Source: Candidatus Micrarchaeota archaeon
GTDB lineage: Archaea > Micrarchaeota > Micrarchaeia > Anstonellales > Bilamarchaeaceae
Length of the DNA stretch: 64,000 nt
Direction of reading: 5' to 3'
NCBI GenBank assembly: GCA_040758595.1
Contig: JBFLVJ010000003.1
Span: 20,721-84,720 of the forward strand
The notes under the pieces are model-generated. The model had not been told where the DNA came from. It made no database searches and was given only the letters and a program-made list of their open reading frames with translations. Of this stretch, positions 37,229-46,018 are shown piece by piece (position 1 is the stretch's first letter; the number at the start of each line of letters is the position of its first letter). The translations under genes and the position numbers were made by a program.

Positions 37229-38264
37229 AGTGGTAGGTGCCTCTTTTCCCTCGCTTTACTGGCGGCAAGGGCTCTCCCTCGCTCAGAATGTCCTTCTTTT
37301 TGTGAAATGCTACCGATTCGGCCATCTGCCGATAGAACCTAGCCGCCTCCTTCTTGCGCTGCTTTGCCTCGTTTTTATCATCTGCCTCGGCCACGAACCG
37401 GCGCAGCGTTCCCTCGATATCATCCATGGGTATCTCGCTGTTCGAAGCCAGGTTCCGCAATGTCACCTGCGCCATGTATCTCTTCTGGAGCGATGGGGAT
37501 AGGAGCGCTTCCATCACTGGAGGCACCGCCTTCGGGCCTAATCTCGGCAAGGATCTGGATGCTTCATCAACTACCCTGTTCTCAGGGTCATCGAGCATCC
37601 CTATCAGCGCATCTATGGCCCGTTCATCATCGAATGTGCCCAGCTCCCTCGCGATGTTCGCCTTGGCCCACATCATCTGTCCTGGGATGGACGCGATTAT
37701 CGCCGGGAGCGGGTCGCAGCGGAGCTTCTTCAACGCCGCGAAAGCGGCGTCCACCACGCAGCTCCTCCCCGCGCTGCCGTCATTGGTGTCACCGATCCGT
37801 TTTATCAGCGCATCCATGGCGGCAGGGTCTCCGATTTTACCCAGTAGCGTCACCGCTATCTCGCGTATGTTGCTGTGGATGCTGTCCGTGGATTCCATCA
37901 AAGGCCCGACCGCCCCCTTGCCCATCGCCAGGATGTCATCATCGCGTTTCAGCATGAGCAGGCAGAGCACCCGGTCATTATCATCCAGGCCATCGAACTC
38001 CCTGTTGAAGAAATGCTTCGCTGAAGCTTCTCCTATGAAGTAATGCGGGTCTCTCAGGAGCGGCCTGAACTTGCCGGATGCCTTCGGGTCATCTATCCTT
38101 GAGAGGATGTCTATGCAGTCTATGTTTCCCCTCCTTATCTGTTCGACCAGCGGAGAGAGCGCTGATGCCCCGAGCGCGGCGAGCCTGTCTTTGGTTTCCT
38201 GGCTGACAAACGGCTCCAGCTTCTTTATCAGCCTCTTCGCTCTCCACTCCCCGAACCAGCTCAT
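37158..38264 (-). CDS. HEAT-repeat protein A (PBS-lyase-type HEAT repeats) with a basic C-terminal tail
   Basis: Repeated AIDALIxxLxDxxxxVRxxA units. The C-terminus is ...ILSEGEPLPPVKRGKRGTY.... It is the last gene of the HEAT/AAA/vWA operon. Confidence 0.6.
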   Translation of the reverse strand: MSWFGEWRAKRLIKKLEPFVSQETKDRLAALGASALSPLVEQIRRGNIDCIDILSRIDDPKASGKFRPLLRDPHYFIGEASAKHFFNREFDGLDDNDRVLCLLMLKRDDDILAMGKGAVGPLMESTDSIHSNIREIAVTLLGKIGDPAAMDALIKRIGDTNDGSAGRSCVVDAAFAALKKLRCDPLPAIIASIPGQMMWAKANIARELGTFDDERAIDALIGMLDDPENRVVDEASRSLPRLGPKAVPPVMEALLSPSLQKRYMAQVTLRNLASNSEIPMDDIEGTLRRFVAEADDKNEAKQRKKEAARFYRQMAESVAFHKKKDILSEGEPLPPVKRGKRGTYHSMAPGRPSSLRASTGRRTLSRSR

Positions 38265-38704
38265 CTGACTACCTTCCTGTATATATCCGGCCAGTTCTTT
38301 CCGGTCTTTCTGGGCGCCTTCACGGTACCTTCGGCAAGCATGCCATCCACCGGCATCAATGGCCTTTTCGAGCCGCTAAAAACCTTCGCTATCTTCATAT
38401 AAGTCAGCGTCGCCCAGCCTATCGCATCCTGAACCTCATTCCCAGTCCCCGAACCCTTCACTTCGCTACAGTATCCTCTCAGCGTTTCTGCAATCCTTGG
38501 AAGGTCGATATCAGAAGATTCGGCTAGTCTGATTAGCAGCCAAGCAGCCGTGACCGCGACCCCTTCATCGTTATCCCTCAAGGTTTCTATCAAGGCAGGC
38601 ACAACCCTGGCGCCCTCCATCCCGGCGAGCCTCCTGGCAGCATCTCTTCTTTCTGCGGCATCCTGGCTTTTCAGCTGTGCTATCAGCCGCTCGACGTTAT
38701 CCAT
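38261..38704 (-). CDS. HEAT-repeat protein B with the conserved C-terminal tail motif
   Basis: Contains ERRDAARRLAGMEGARVVPALIETLRDNDEGV HEAT units. The tail is DGMLAEGTVKAPRKTGK. It overlaps neighbours by 4 and 8 nt. Confidence 0.6.
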   Translation of the reverse strand: MDNVERLIAQLKSQDAAERRDAARRLAGMEGARVVPALIETLRDNDEGVAVTAAWLLIRLAESSDIDLPRIAETLRGYCSEVKGSGTGNEVQDAIGWATLTYMKIAKVFSGSKRPLMPVDGMLAEGTVKAPRKTGKNWPDIYRKVVR

Positions 38705-39428
38705 AAACGACCCTCAATACCCTGTACGTCCGTGGCTTCCGGGGCGCCTTCACGGTTCCTTCGGACAGGACTCCACCCCTAGAGAGCCGCTTCTTCCTCT
38801 CAGCGACCTTGGCCGCGATGTCCCGATATATCTCTCCGATTGACATGCGCACCTCCTCACGCTCGTCTTTAGATGCATCCGAAGCCCACCCATTCAGAGC
38901 TTCCCCAACATCATCAAGCGGGATATCGTGCTTTTGCGCCAGCGTCATGAGCGCCCTGGAGGCTATCCAGGGGAGCGCGTTCTTTCCGTTGCCCAGAGCC
39001 TCTATGAACACCGGCACGGCCCTGGCCCCGAACTTCAGCAGGCCCTCCTTGGCTTCGTTCTGGACATCCATGCTCTCATCGCCCATCGCCTCTGCCAGCG
39101 CCGGGATGGCTTTCTCGTCTTTCATGGCGCCCAGTGCCTTGACCAAGGCTATTTTGACTTCACTATCCTCCTCCTTTTCCAGCGCCGCTATCAATCCCGG
39201 GACAGCGCTCTTGTCGCGCATAGTCCGCAAGGCGTTGGCGGCGGTGCTCCTGACATCGAAAGACGGATCCGATAGCGCGGCTACAAGGTCCGGTATGGTC
39301 TCCGGATCGCATATCTGGCCCAAGCGCCGGGCAGCGCTCCGTCTCGCCTTCGGGTTCGGATGCGTTCTAATATCCATCACATGGGCACGTGTCTCATCAT
39401 CCATTGCGTACCCTCCTTCTTCCGGCAT
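38697..39428 (-). CDS. HEAT-repeat protein C with the conserved C-terminal tail motif
   Basis: About 5 HEAT units. The tail is RGGVLSEGTVKAPRKPRTYRVLRVVYG. Confidence 0.6.
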   Translation of the reverse strand: MPEEGGYAMDDETRAHVMDIRTHPNPKARRSAARRLGQICDPETIPDLVAALSDPSFDVRSTAANALRTMRDKSAVPGLIAALEKEEDSEVKIALVKALGAMKDEKAIPALAEAMGDESMDVQNEAKEGLLKFGARAVPVFIEALGNGKNALPWIASRALMTLAQKHDIPLDDVGEALNGWASDASKDEREEVRMSIGEIYRDIAAKVAERKKRLSRGGVLSEGTVKAPRKPRTYRVLRVVYG

Positions 39429-39936
39429 GATACATGGCCGGTTTCTTCGGCGGCTTCACGGTCCCTTTGGAAAGGAGCCCGCCCTTCGGCATGCCCGCTT
39501 TCCTGGTATTTGCTGCCCTCAAGTATATCTCAAGAGCGAATTCGTGCGCGAGTTTGGCGGTCTCAGCACCCTCCTCTCGTCTCACCACATCGACGAATCT
39601 TTTCAGCGGCCCAGCAATCTTTGCCGGATCGATATCGCCGTTTCCGGCGAGCGTTGAAACGATATCCATGATGACCACCCTGGATTCCTTCTCGCAGTCT
39701 TGCAAGGCATCTATTAGGGATGGCAAGGCTTCGCTGCTTCCGAGATTCCTCAGCACCTGTATGGCGCTGTCCCTCACTTCCCGGTCCGGGTCCTTCAGAA
39801 GAGCCGCTATGGCAAGCACTACCTCTTTATCCTCCCTGCTCCCGAGTCTCTCCAATGCCCGGATGGCGAAAATCCTCACATGTTTATCAGGATCGTTCAG
39901 GACTTTGAAATTGATGTCTTCATCCATGCATCTCAC
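39397..39936 (-). CDS. HEAT-repeat protein D with the conserved C-terminal tail motif
   Basis: HEAT units. The tail is KGGLLSKGTVKPPKKPAMYHAGRRRVRNG. Its start overlaps the vWA gene stop by 4 nt. Confidence 0.6.
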   Translation of the reverse strand: MRCMDEDINFKVLNDPDKHVRIFAIRALERLGSREDKEVVLAIAALLKDPDREVRDSAIQVLRNLGSSEALPSLIDALQDCEKESRVVIMDIVSTLAGNGDIDPAKIAGPLKRFVDVVRREEGAETAKLAHEFALEIYLRAANTRKAGMPKGGLLSKGTVKPPKKPAMYHAGRRRVRNG

Positions 39937-42212
39937 CTCAGCTTGTTCGCCATCCTCCGGTAATATCTCTCGAAGAAATGGTGCAGCCTGCCGTCCGCCA
40001 CATCCCTCTTGGAGACTATCAGATAGTTGCCTATCCCGAAAATCCGGTCGAAATACGGCATCATCTTCGTTTCCGGGAACTCCGGGCTGGTTATCCCGAT
40101 GCCGAACACCTTTACCCGGTCGCGCTTCCAGGCTTCGTCCACTGCCCGGGCGGCATCCTCAAGAGGGGACTTCCCCACGTTGGCCTCTCCATCGGTTATC
40201 AGGAACACCTGCTTGTGGCCCTTGTGCCTGATCCCCCGCTCCTTCATCCTGAAGCACATGTGGCGCAGCGGCCCTCCTACGGGTGTGCCTCCGCCGGCAT
40301 CGCTGCCCCGTATCTCATTATCCTGCGCCCCTTTCATGAGTATGAACTCTTCGGTATCCCCGGATGTGAATCCAGCCACGATAAGAGGGTCCTTGAGCGT
40401 CATGCTGGCGAGCCCCAGGATGCCGCAAGCCTGGAGTATCTCCCCTCGCATGTCTAGGGTGGAGTCGCTCAGGTCGATGAGCACTCCGGTGGCGACATCC
40501 CTCTCTTCATAGATGACGCGCGAATGGTAATCCCTGCCCGGGTTCCTCCCGTTCCGCACTTCTCTCATATACTCATCGAAGAGCTCGGGATCGACATCTC
40601 CGTCCTCAAGCCCTCTCACCAACATACCCTCTTTCGGGGCGAATTTCTTGAATATGGTCCTGATGCGCAAGGCCTCGGCCTCATCTATGAGGATGGGTTC
40701 TCCCTCTGCCTTGTTCTCTATTATCACATGCTCGGCTTTGGTCAGCTTCTCCCCGTCCCAGCCGTCGTAGCTGAACCTCTCGCCGCCCGGCTTGGTCTCA
40801 TCGCCGGTTCCATCCTTGGGCTCGCCTTGCTTCGGCTCCTGCTTCTTCGGTTTCGAGAAGATGCTCGGCCGGCCGGTCCTCGGTTCGGTATCGGATTCGC
40901 GGATGGAGAGCGGGAGGGAGGAGAGCGATCTTTTGAGTCCTTCGCCCTCCTTCCTGGCCCTCCGTTCGATCACAGTGTACGCCTTTATCGCGGCGTTCAT
41001 GGACGCGGTTCCGTCGGTATCCATCCCCCTTTCCATGGCATCGACATGTCCCGAGATGGAGGTGAAATCCTCTCTTATCCCTTCAGGCACTTCGTTCCTG
41101 GTCCTTCCTGCTATCGAGTACTGGAGGGTCGCTTCCAGCAGGCATCCGATGTCCTCTCCCTCGAGCGCCGCCCTCCTCTCGAAAAGCATGTCCGAGTTTC
41201 TTGCGTATGTGTTCCGCAATCCGGAAAGGTATTCCATGTTGTTCTGGTCCACCCTCCCGTCATCGATCCAGTTGTGCAGGCGGTAGAGCAGTTCGGGGAA
41301 CTCCACGAGCCTGCCGATATCCTCGAAATTGCGTATCTCTAAAGTCTCACCGCCTTTGGCTACCCGGATCACCACTCCGTCGTCATATCGCCTGCATCCC
41401 TGGTACTGCGCACCGAACGATCCGTAATCGAACACGTCCGGATGCATGTTGATGTCGAATGTCCTCCATTTGTGGTGGCCAACTTCGTGCCAGAAAGAGA
41501 CCAGGTAATCCTCCATGTTGGTCTCCCTCTCTTCCCAGGTGCCCACGTACGGGGCGATTGTCACCACGCCCTCCCTGTTGGTGGAGAAACTCCTGTCACT
41601 ACCTATCTCCACGACAGCATCGCCGCCTATCTCCATCTTGGCAAGCGCCCCGAAACCGAACTTTATCATGGCTTCCTCTGCCATCACGACCGAGGCATCC
41701 CATTCCTTGAGGTAGGTCTCGAACATGTCGTCGAAAATCAAAGCGGCTATCATCGATTCTTCGTCGTATTCGTTGAGCTCGTCGACGAACGGCTTCCAGA
41801 ATATGTTCTTGCCCATCACCGGAAGGTACTTGGATAGGAACAGGTCGCATGCGATATCGGAATGGAAATCCTCCACGGCCCTGCGCAGCTGGAACGCCCT
41901 CCAGTTGTCGTGCGAAAGCACCTGGGCCGCGTGCTTGAGCAGTTTCTCGGTGGTGAGCACCATGCCTGAAGAAGAAGCGTGCTGGAGCGCGGCCAGGTAT
42001 TCACGCAGGGTGGCCGAAGAATCGGTCGGGCTCCTGGAAGCGAGCTTCTCAAGGTCGGAGGCTGAGAGCTTCAGCTTCGGCACGGCGGCGCTGAGCATGG
42101 CCAGCAGGCCTTCTGCGCTCCGAGGTATCTCGTCCGGCTCCAGCTTCAGCCTGGCCGGTGGAGCCTTGCCGCCTAGTTCGGAGGGCTTCTTCGTCTTCCT
42201 CCGTGTCCCCAT
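39933..42212 (-). CDS. von Willebrand factor A domain protein, CbbO/NorD-like partner of the AAA+ ATPase (759 aa)
   Basis: The C-terminal vWA/MIDAS region is VFLITDGEANVG ... VKVFGIGI. The size matches CbbO. It sits directly downstream of the MoxR-class ATPase. An internal HEVGHHKW (HExxH) motif is noted. Confidence 0.6.
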   Translation of the reverse strand: MGTRRKTKKPSELGGKAPPARLKLEPDEIPRSAEGLLAMLSAAVPKLKLSASDLEKLASRSPTDSSATLREYLAALQHASSSGMVLTTEKLLKHAAQVLSHDNWRAFQLRRAVEDFHSDIACDLFLSKYLPVMGKNIFWKPFVDELNEYDEESMIAALIFDDMFETYLKEWDASVVMAEEAMIKFGFGALAKMEIGGDAVVEIGSDRSFSTNREGVVTIAPYVGTWEERETNMEDYLVSFWHEVGHHKWRTFDINMHPDVFDYGSFGAQYQGCRRYDDGVVIRVAKGGETLEIRNFEDIGRLVEFPELLYRLHNWIDDGRVDQNNMEYLSGLRNTYARNSDMLFERRAALEGEDIGCLLEATLQYSIAGRTRNEVPEGIREDFTSISGHVDAMERGMDTDGTASMNAAIKAYTVIERRARKEGEGLKRSLSSLPLSIRESDTEPRTGRPSIFSKPKKQEPKQGEPKDGTGDETKPGGERFSYDGWDGEKLTKAEHVIIENKAEGEPILIDEAEALRIRTIFKKFAPKEGMLVRGLEDGDVDPELFDEYMREVRNGRNPGRDYHSRVIYEERDVATGVLIDLSDSTLDMRGEILQACGILGLASMTLKDPLIVAGFTSGDTEEFILMKGAQDNEIRGSDAGGGTPVGGPLRHMCFRMKERGIRHKGHKQVFLITDGEANVGKSPLEDAARAVDEAWKRDRVKVFGIGITSPEFPETKMMPYFDRIFGIGNYLIVSKRDVADGRLHHFFERYYRRMANKLR

Positions 42213-42216
42213 CGCG

Positions 42217-43260
42217 CTAACCCCTTATGCCGTAGACGTCTGATGCCATCGTGGAAAGGGCGTTGACGGTCTCTCCGAAATCGGTCGTCATGGCGTTGAA
42301 GATGACCTGCCTTGCCGCATCTCCCGGGGAGAGCCCGGCGTTTATCGCCCTGACCGCGTTCACCAGCACCCTCGGAGAAGGCGCTTCGCTCAGATTGAGG
42401 AGCATGTTGCGCAGCCTGGCCTTTATCTGGACGGCATCGCTGTCGGTGGCCGGGATGGAGCTCCTTCTCTGCTGCTCCAGGAACACCCTGCAGAGTGATG
42501 CGCACATGGTGCATATCTTCTCCGCGCTCTTTGCGTCATTGACATCCCCCACATTCGCTCTCACGATGTCGAGGAGCCTTCCGGCATCGGTCACCATCTC
42601 CAGCTCTATGGTCGCGAGCCTCTGCCTCATGGCCGGGGATATCCTGTCGATGCCTCCGTCATAATACGGGTTGAGCGCGAACACCACCACCGTCTCTGGG
42701 TTCAGCCTATATACCTCGCCCACACCCAGGTGGTCGCTGAGGTTGACCTCCCTTTCGTTGACAAGCGGGTAGAACAGGCCGTCCATGTCTCTCCTGAGCT
42801 TGTGCAGCTCATCGATGAAAAGCACCACTGGTTCCCCGGACAGCCCGGCGACTGAGATGTTCGAGGGCCTGAACTGCTGGAAATGCGATGTGGTCGCTTC
42901 TCCCTCCTCCTTCAGCGTGACCACGAACATGTCGGTGCGGCCCATCATCTTGGTCTCGGTCTTGTCCGGATCGCAGGTGGTATAAAGGAAGGGCAGCCCC
43001 CACTTCTGGGCCATCCTTCGCACCAGCATGCTCTTGCCCACGCCTGTCGGCCCGACCAGCAGAACGGCGTTCCTGGTCTTGCGATAGACCTCCATGGCGG
43101 ACTCCTCGTTCTTCTGCTGGATGTAATCGATTTTCGGTTCCGGCTGGATTATCCTATCCTTGAGGCTCTCCACGAGGCTCTCTTTCCTCGGTATATATAT
43201 CCCGTTCTTCCCCCTCACATGGCCGTTTATCCGCTTCGGCGCTACTACTGTCGCTGGCAT
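42217..43260 (-). CDS. MoxR/CbbQ/NorQ-class AAA+ ATPase (AAA_5)
   Basis: Walker A is LLVGPTGVGKS and Walker B is VVLFIDELHK. It is a single AAA module of ~347 aa in the typical pairing with a vWA protein. Confidence 0.7.
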   Translation of the reverse strand: MPATVVAPKRINGHVRGKNGIYIPRKESLVESLKDRIIQPEPKIDYIQQKNEESAMEVYRKTRNAVLLVGPTGVGKSMLVRRMAQKWGLPFLYTTCDPDKTETKMMGRTDMFVVTLKEEGEATTSHFQQFRPSNISVAGLSGEPVVLFIDELHKLRRDMDGLFYPLVNEREVNLSDHLGVGEVYRLNPETVVVFALNPYYDGGIDRISPAMRQRLATIELEMVTDAGRLLDIVRANVGDVNDAKSAEKICTMCASLCRVFLEQQRRSSIPATDSDAVQIKARLRNMLLNLSEAPSPRVLVNAVRAINAGLSPGDAARQVIFNAMTTDFGETVNALSTMASDVYGIRG

Positions 43261-43275
43261 GGATTGTTCACCAGG

Positions 43276-43304
43276 ATAAAGAGTGTTTGGAAGTGTTTAT
43301 AAAT
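43276..43304 (-). promoter_or_regulatory. Promoter element copy 2 (ATAAAGAGTGTTTGGAAGTGTTTATAAAT, contains a TATA box) upstream of the AAA+ ATPase gene
   Basis: 27/29 identical to the element at 44711-44739. A TTTATAAA TATA-like box lies ~35 nt upstream of the ATG at 43260 on the minus strand. Confidence 0.55.
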
Positions 43305-43318
43305 GTGATTATTGACGG

Positions 43319-44035
43319 TTATTGGCGTGCTACTCTAAGGGCCCCCTTCGCGCTCCTGTAAATCACCTTCTTCGGTGGTTTTATCCTGCCTTCGAGCAGC
43401 ACCCCGTCCATCTGCTTGGATTTGGCGATACTATTCGCTATCGTCATATACGAAAACATGGCATCGCCCTTAAGCTCCCCCTTTTTTGCCAGATCTTTTT
43501 CTGCTTCATAGGCTGCCTTGAGCCGTCTTCGGGCTACGGAGAGGTCGACTTCAATGCCATCCTCGGCCATCGATCCAAGCACGCAGGCGATCGGGAACTG
43601 GATATCAGGGTAACGGAGAGCCTCCAATGAAGCATCCACAGCGAGCTCTCCGAGTTCCTTAAGTGCAGAAATCAAATATGCTTCTTGAAAGTCGCGATCG
43701 CTCTCCCGCAACAGCTGGATTATGCGCGGAATCAGGCTACTGTCGCCGGATTTTTTTATCATTTTCACAGCAATGGTGCGTACTTCCCATTCTGGATCTA
43801 TCAATGCCAGCACAAACTCAGGCAATATCCTGGGATCGGATAATTTTGACAACGCTATGGCCGAATTCGCCCTGACCCAAGGGTCGATATCCCGTAGATT
43901 TTTGATGAGCTGTTCCACTGCACGGGGACCTCCAATTTTTCCCAATCTGACGGCCGCGCGTACTTTTACAGCACGTTCGGTCTCGGATAATGGCATGGTG
44001 TTGAGCTGATTGATACAATAGTCTATTTCATCCAT
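43319..44035 (-). CDS. HEAT-repeat protein E with the conserved C-terminal tail motif
   Basis: HEAT units. The tail is MDGVLLEGRIKPPKKVIYRSAKGALRVARQ. Confidence 0.6.
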   Translation of the reverse strand: MDEIDYCINQLNTMPLSETERAVKVRAAVRLGKIGGPRAVEQLIKNLRDIDPWVRANSAIALSKLSDPRILPEFVLALIDPEWEVRTIAVKMIKKSGDSSLIPRIIQLLRESDRDFQEAYLISALKELGELAVDASLEALRYPDIQFPIACVLGSMAEDGIEVDLSVARRRLKAAYEAEKDLAKKGELKGDAMFSYMTIANSIAKSKQMDGVLLEGRIKPPKKVIYRSAKGALRVARQ

Positions 44036-44047
44036 GGAAAGCCCTCA

Positions 44048-44698
44048 TCATCTTCTGAGTCGCCTCCTTTCCTTGGCCTTCCCGTCATATCCGCGCGGCT
44101 TGGGCACGGTCCCGCCAGACAGGACCCCGCCATTCTGCATTTTCTGAGATACTGCTTTCGCTATCTTGAGATACGCCTCTTTTGCATCTTCCCTGGCCGA
44201 TGCATATTCCTCGCTGGTGCCGCTCATCTTCACGGAGAACGCACGCTTCCCGAGTGAATCCTCGACCGCGGAAAGGTCGATTTCAGCTATCTGAGCGAGT
44301 TTGAAGAGAGCTTCAGCAGCGTGCCATCGCACCCCGTCATCCTCATCTCTGAGGGCGCCGATAAGCGCAGGGACGGGACGGCTATCCTTCATCTCGCCGA
44401 GCGACTCCGCAGCCGCACTCCTGAAACCTGCTTCCCTGTCCCCGAGCATCTCGATCAGCGCCGGCACCGCTCTGGAGAACAGCTCGTTCTCTCCGCTCTT
44501 CTCAGCGATCCATCCTATGGCTATGGCGGCCTTCCACCTAGCATCCGGATTGTCGCTTTCCAACGCATCCAAAAGGCGGGGCACTGCCGGCACGCCTATA
44601 TCTGCCAAATCGCTGACGGCCACCCGCCATCCGTTCTTGCATGATTTGGATATAATCCTCCTCACCCTGAGGTCGGCCAGCCATTCGGTGATGCTCAT
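44048..44698 (-). CDS. HEAT-repeat protein F with the conserved C-terminal tail motif
   Basis: HEAT units (PALIEMLGDREAGFRSAAAESLGEM ...). The tail is NGGVLSGGTVPKPRGYDGKAKERRRLRR. Confidence 0.6.
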   Translation of the reverse strand: MSITEWLADLRVRRIISKSCKNGWRVAVSDLADIGVPAVPRLLDALESDNPDARWKAAIAIGWIAEKSGENELFSRAVPALIEMLGDREAGFRSAAAESLGEMKDSRPVPALIGALRDEDDGVRWHAAEALFKLAQIAEIDLSAVEDSLGKRAFSVKMSGTSEEYASAREDAKEAYLKIAKAVSQKMQNGGVLSGGTVPKPRGYDGKAKERRRLRR

Positions 44699-44710
44699 AC
44701 AATCTCGATT

Positions 44711-44739
44711 ATAAAGAGTGTTTAGAAGTGATTATAAAT
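44711..44739 (-). promoter_or_regulatory. Promoter element copy 1 (ATAAAGAGTGTTTAGAAGTGATTATAAAT) upstream of HEAT-repeat gene F
   Basis: It has the same 29-nt element as at 43276-43304, with the TATA box ~37 nt upstream of the ATG at 44698. Confidence 0.55.
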
Positions 44740-44758
44740 AAATTTATTAGGAGCCAAG

Positions 44759-45214
44759 TCAGGGACTCTTGAAGATGCCGCCCTCGACCTCTTCCACGCC
44801 CACGACTTCCTTGAATTCCAGCGGGTGGAAGCTGTTGCCCTCCCATATCACGAGCACTTTGTTCCTGGACACCTTGGCGGCGAATATCACTTCCTCTCGC
44901 GAAGATAGGCGTTTCCCCAGCTCCTCCATCGCCCTCTCGCCCATCCCGGATAGCAGGTAATCCTTGACGCTGAGGAATGCGGTCTTGAGCTCCCCCGTCC
45001 GCTCTTTCCCTAGGACAAGGTTGAATCCCTTGATCACGCCCTCCTTCTTCATCTTGTTGAACCTGAGGTATGCGGTCGGCTTGGGGATGCCTATCATATC
45101 TGCCACTGTGGAGAGCGGGGTGCTGGCATCCTTCTTGAGTATCTCGATTATCTGTCTGTCTATCTCGTCCATCTGATTACCCTTTCCTGGAGGGGGCATA
45201 CGATAGTCTTTCAA
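44759..45214 (-). CDS. Lrp/AsnC-family transcriptional regulator (HTH + RAM domain)
   Basis: EIDRQIIEILKKDASTPLSTVADMIGIPKPTAYLRFNKMKKEGVIKG is an Lrp-type HTH. It lies directly upstream of, and co-directional with, the HEAT/AAA/vWA operon. Confidence 0.65.
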   Translation of the reverse strand: MKDYRMPPPGKGNQMDEIDRQIIEILKKDASTPLSTVADMIGIPKPTAYLRFNKMKKEGVIKGFNLVLGKERTGELKTAFLSVKDYLLSGMGERAMEELGKRLSSREEVIFAAKVSRNKVLVIWEGNSFHPLEFKEVVGVEEVEGGIFKSP

Positions 45215-45289
45215 TTTGATAACATTTATAACAATAATGAAATAATTACAAAAAAACTAGAATATCTATATCTGATTTGAGGTGGGAAG

Positions 45290-46018
45290 ATGAAAGCGGT
45301 CCAGTTCCAGTCTCTGGAACCTATCCTGAAAGGCGGGATACCCGAGGGCGACCAGATACTGGTCTCAGGGCCTCCGGGTTCCGGTAAGAGCATACTCAGC
45401 ATGCAGTTCATACATGAGGGCGTCAAGAAAGGGGAGAGCGGCGTCTTCTTCACCCTGGACAGCGAGCGGCAGTATCTCATCGACCAGATGAAGAACGCCG
45501 GCATACCTGTCGATAAGCTCATCGAGCAGGGAAAGATGGATATCATCGAACTCGACCCCACGGATATCTACGTGCTCCTGGACGAGATGAAAAAGCACAT
45601 AGAGAGGCTCGGGGCGAAGAGGATGGCCCTGGACTCGCTCTCTATACTATACGTCTATTGCGGTTCCTACCGCAACCTCCCGGAGGACCTCATCGCGTTC
45701 CTGGAGAAGACCGACTACCGGCCGCCCATAACGCTCGGCGATTCGGTGAAGAAGCAGATGCTCTACAGCATCATGACGCAGATAAGGCATCTCGGATGCA
45801 CAACGCTGCTCATCTCAGAGCTGCAGAGGGAATCCCAATGGTTCTCCAGGGATACCATCAGCGAGTTCGCCTGCGACGGCATAATCCTGCTCGATTACCA
45901 CGCGCTCGGTCCCGCGGTCACGCGCACCATGACCATAGTCAAGATGAGGCGCAGCGACTACAGCGAGGGCGTCCACGAATTCAAGATAACGAAGAACGGC
46001 ATCGAGCTCTCAGCCTAG
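45290..46018 (+). CDS. KaiC-like RecA-superfamily ATPase (single-domain)
   Basis: Walker A is SGPPGSGKS. The KaiC/RadA-paralog architecture is present at ~240 aa. Confidence 0.7.
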   Translation: MKAVQFQSLEPILKGGIPEGDQILVSGPPGSGKSILSMQFIHEGVKKGESGVFFTLDSERQYLIDQMKNAGIPVDKLIEQGKMDIIELDPTDIYVLLDEMKKHIERLGAKRMALDSLSILYVYCGSYRNLPEDLIAFLEKTDYRPPITLGDSVKKQMLYSIMTQIRHLGCTTLLISELQRESQWFSRDTISEFACDGIILLDYHALGPAVTRTMTIVKMRRSDYSEGVHEFKITKNGIELSA

